From Selaginella moellendorffii (lineage: Eukaryota > Plantae > Lycopodiophyta), in assembly GCF_000143415.4 (NCBI RefSeq), contig NW_003314286.1, forward strand, positions 201,766 to 265,765: 64,000 nucleotides of DNA, in the 5' to 3' direction. Both the position numbers and the translations under genes were made by a program. Positions 60,651 to 64,000 of this stretch are shown piece after piece (position 1 is the first letter of the stretch; the number at the start of each line of letters is the position of its first letter). The notes under the pieces were generated by a model that saw only the letters and a list, made by a program, of their open reading frames with translations, did not search any database and was not told the DNA's origin.

Positions 60651-63600
60651 CTATGTTGTGGCTTTCTCTCGCAAATAGCTTTCCCAGCCCATGGCTTCCA
60701 ATCTCTCTGCCTTCTCGATCACCTTCCTTTCTAGCTCCTCTTTGTAGGATATCATCCTGGAAGAGAAGAAACGAGATCGTTTTAATGGGTGAAACCATTG
60801 CAAACTCACTTGTCAAGCATTCTCGGGTCCCAAACTTGCAAGAACCTCGCAGCTAAAATCCCTGCGTTTGCTCCATTGTCCACTGCAACCCACGCAACCG
60901 GCTCTGGCTACGATCACACAAAGTGACAGTTGGTCGAGAGCGCATTGATTCTTTCAGCTGAACTGGCAACTTACTTGCACAGCGATTGGAAGTTCGATTC
61001 CATGCTTCGATGAGCCTTTGCTGGTCGGAACCCCGATCACTGGAAGTGGCGTGGCACCGGCAACAATGCCTGCGAAAACAACGAAAATATAAGCATACGA
61101 GTAGAAGATCACCAGGGACTGACCAGGTAACTCGGAGTAGCCGATCGATACGACAACGAGAACTTTGAGACCTTTCGCGTGAGCATCTCTCACATAGTTG
61201 CTGGATACTGCTACGATCTAACCACGCACAAGAATAGAGTTAATGCTTCCATCATATATAACAAAACGATATTTAATACCTCACAAGGCACACCAAACGA
61301 TTCCAGCGCTGCGGCAGCAGCCTTCTCGGGAGTCCCCGCGCAAGTCGTCAAGATTCCCACGACAGGAGGAGCAGCTGCGGAGTTACATTCGCTCGGTAGT
61401 CAATCGTAGAATTAATCACAGTACCAGATTCCTTTGCATTGTACTGCTTTGTGATGTCGCTGCCAACAAACGCTTCCAGCTTTTCCAGACACTGCGATCT
61501 CCTCTCTTCTCCTTGGTGTGCGATAACCCTGTACAAAAACAACGTTTGGAAAAACCAAGAGAACGGAAACACCTCGACGTACTTCGATTGGAGGTGTTCG
61601 TCGGAAGTAGCCAGTATCCTCACGGCCAGAAGTCCTGCGTTCTCTGCATCATCGACGGCTACAGTAGCAACAGGAATTCCCGTTGGCATCTGCCGTGAAA
61701 AGAATTGCCTTCTCTTTCTAACTGCGAAAGGCAAATGGTTTACCTGAGCAATCGACAAGAAGGAATCCAGTCCTCTTAATGCTGTGACATCGACCGGAAC
61801 ACCGATAGCTGGGAGAGGCGTAATGCTGCCAACCATTCCTGAACCAAACCTCGAAAAGTCGAGAGAGAAAACAGAAGAAAAAATTCTACAAAAAGAATTG
61901 ACTAACCGGGAAGGTGCGCAGCACCACCAGCTCCAGCGATAATCACATTGAGATTGTCAAGGTGAGCATTCGATGCGTAGCTATACATTCGTTCCGCGGT
62001 CCTGTGAGCCGAGACAATCGTCATCTACGCACAAACGACTTAGCTAGAAAAACGGCATACTAATTCACAGACCTGGTACTTTACACCAAAAAGATCAAGA
62101 AGTTTTCCGGCGTGTCTCATGGTAGAAAGATCTGAATCCGAACCCATGATAATTCCCACTGCCGGTTTTTCTAGCTTTGAGAAAACTATATATTAAGTGA
62201 AACAGGGAAACGAAAACAAAAAACCGATGTTACCTGTCGGATGTTTGCATTCAGCTTCTGAACCATCCGTGATTTGACGCATTCTTTGTTTCACGGTGGC
62301 CATCGATGGCCCCACAACTGTGACATGACCCATTTTTCGTTGTCTCCGAAACTCTACGCTCAGTGTGAAGCCTAAGTCGCACTACTCAATAATGATAGCA
62401 AACCTCGCTTGTGGTACCAATGTACACTAGCACCTGGAATGCTAAATGCCTTGTTCATTATCTTTTGTGCGATAGATGCACCGAGCTCACCCTGAATGCT
62501 CGCAAACAATGAGCTACAACACGAAGAAATAAGAACGTTACCTCTTCAGCCAAAATGTTATACATTCCTGCTGCTGAAACTTTCATGGAAGTGTCACCGA
62601 GTGGCAAGCCTAGGACAGCACGAAGGTGCTGTTCAAACTGCGAAACGTAGCATGCTTCGATAGTAAGATGGCCACTGTTATGCGGTCGTGGTGCAACCTC
62701 ATTCAGCAAAATCTACAAGAAAAGTTAGAAACAATCAAGAGGCAAAAAATGTATACCAGATTATCAGAAGCCAAAAACTGCTCGACGCAAAAAAACTCCA
62801 GCGCCACCAAATGAAGCGACAGCTTTTGCTGCTAGGTCCAGTGCTGTCTTCTCGGCAGCTTTCGGAATCAGGGCCGGTGATAGCACTGTATGGCAGATGC
62901 TCCTCCTGGACGAATCAGAGAAGTTCTGAATACAAAGGAAAACGAGTAAGCTAGCCTTGCCTTTGAGTAGTCTCCACCAGTTGATAGCACCGTGTTGTTC
63001 CATCTATGCCACGGGCAACCATCACTGCTAGTTCCTAAAAGAATGGATCAGGCAAACGCAGAAAAACTACAAACCTTCTCAAAAGACACCCACTTCTCCG
63101 CAAACAGACCTTGCTCAAAACCTCCCAATGCTGCGGTGACAAGAGAAGAACCACTTAGCGAGCAGTGAACACGGAAGGGCTATCTTACCTTTCACAGACG
63201 GAAGCAAGTCACTTCTGCTTCTCACTGCGATGTTCCCGCGGCCATCGTAAGCAAACCGGCGGCATTTTAGCATGAACGGGTATCCCAGAACAGAAGCTGC
63301 ATCCTCCAAGCTTTCTAAGCCAGTAACCTGTGAACTAATGTCGATCAAACATTTCAAAACTGTAGAGCTCTAGACAAACCTCCACGAACTCAGGAACTGG
63401 AACACCATACTTTATAAAATGCAGCTTCTGGCGATACTTGTCCTGCAAGAAGGAAACAACGATTACCTACATTTGCTCGGAAACTGCTAACCTGAATCGT
63501 CTTAATAGTACTCGAGCTCGGTTCCACGCGAACTCCCTGCTTTTCAAGCTCGTCAAGTGTTCCCGCATCAACATGCTCTATCTCCATAGTCACGACTTCA

Positions 63601-64000
63601 CACCTGAAATGACGAAACGAAGTTTAGCAACGAAAGAACAAGAAAAGCTGGTATACGCTTTGGCGAACTCCAAAACAGCATATCTATCGTCAAACTCCGC
63701 AACAACATGACGATGAGCAAGAGCACTGGCAGGACAAATCGCCGAAGGGTCCAGAACCGCGACTTTGACACCCATCGCCGAGCCAGCTTCGCACAGCATT
63801 CGGCCCAATTGCCCCCCTCCCAGGACTCCCACCACAGCATCGTCTAGCCAAAACCTCCTGCCAGAGCAAATTCTTCTTCTAGAACGAAAGAAAGACTAAG
63901 AGGATTTACCCCGATGAAAGCTGCTGCTGCTGTAAAGCCGCTTCGTTCAGCGCTCTCGCAAAGGAGATCCGAGCGGCAGTGCTCGCCTCGCCGATCCGGA
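60651..64000 (-). CDS. ADE2: Phosphoribosylaminoimidazole (AIR) carboxylase PurK-PurE with an extra degenerate PurE domain; 5' end outside the window
   Basis: [73 protein letters not shown], then a second PurE-like block ending [11 protein letters not shown]. Confidence 0.93.

Overview
Eukaryotic land-plant nuclear DNA. It is probably a lycophyte such as Selaginella (inference from ~45-65 bp GT-AG introns, extreme gene density, several PLS-class PPR genes, a nuclear mitochondrial-type rps19 and a probable flagellar gene). Bases 1-11.6 kb are a nested retrotransposon stack: a non-autonomous LTR element with satellite-filled LTRs, a second LTR family, an inverted LTR and a decayed Ty1/Copia, with a 586-N gap. 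Bases 11.6-21.7 kb hold one intact TPR gene among decayed and duplicated fragments (PPR, PhyH-like dioxygenase, unknown spliced gene). Bases 21.9-64 kb hold about 20 tightly packed genes: PPR, HAK/KUP, nucleotide-sugar transporter, SixA-like phosphatase, rps19, LRRIQ1-like, GCS1, short SnRK1-like kinase, sHSP, PLD-alpha, DEK, two SAURs, PPR, TrmO, SET/LSMT-like, RPS2, CYP18-1/PPIL3 and AIR carboxylase. Best leads: (1) the AIR carboxylase carries an in-frame second, catalytically degenerate PurE domain; (2) a 102-codon uORF ends 9 nt before an N-terminally stripped sHSP after splicing; (3) four same-strand gene pairs are only 53-99 bp apart and are candidate dicistronic units, one of them (LRRIQ1-like/rps19) in frame across a single TGA. 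All exon models were read by eye; no database searches were run.
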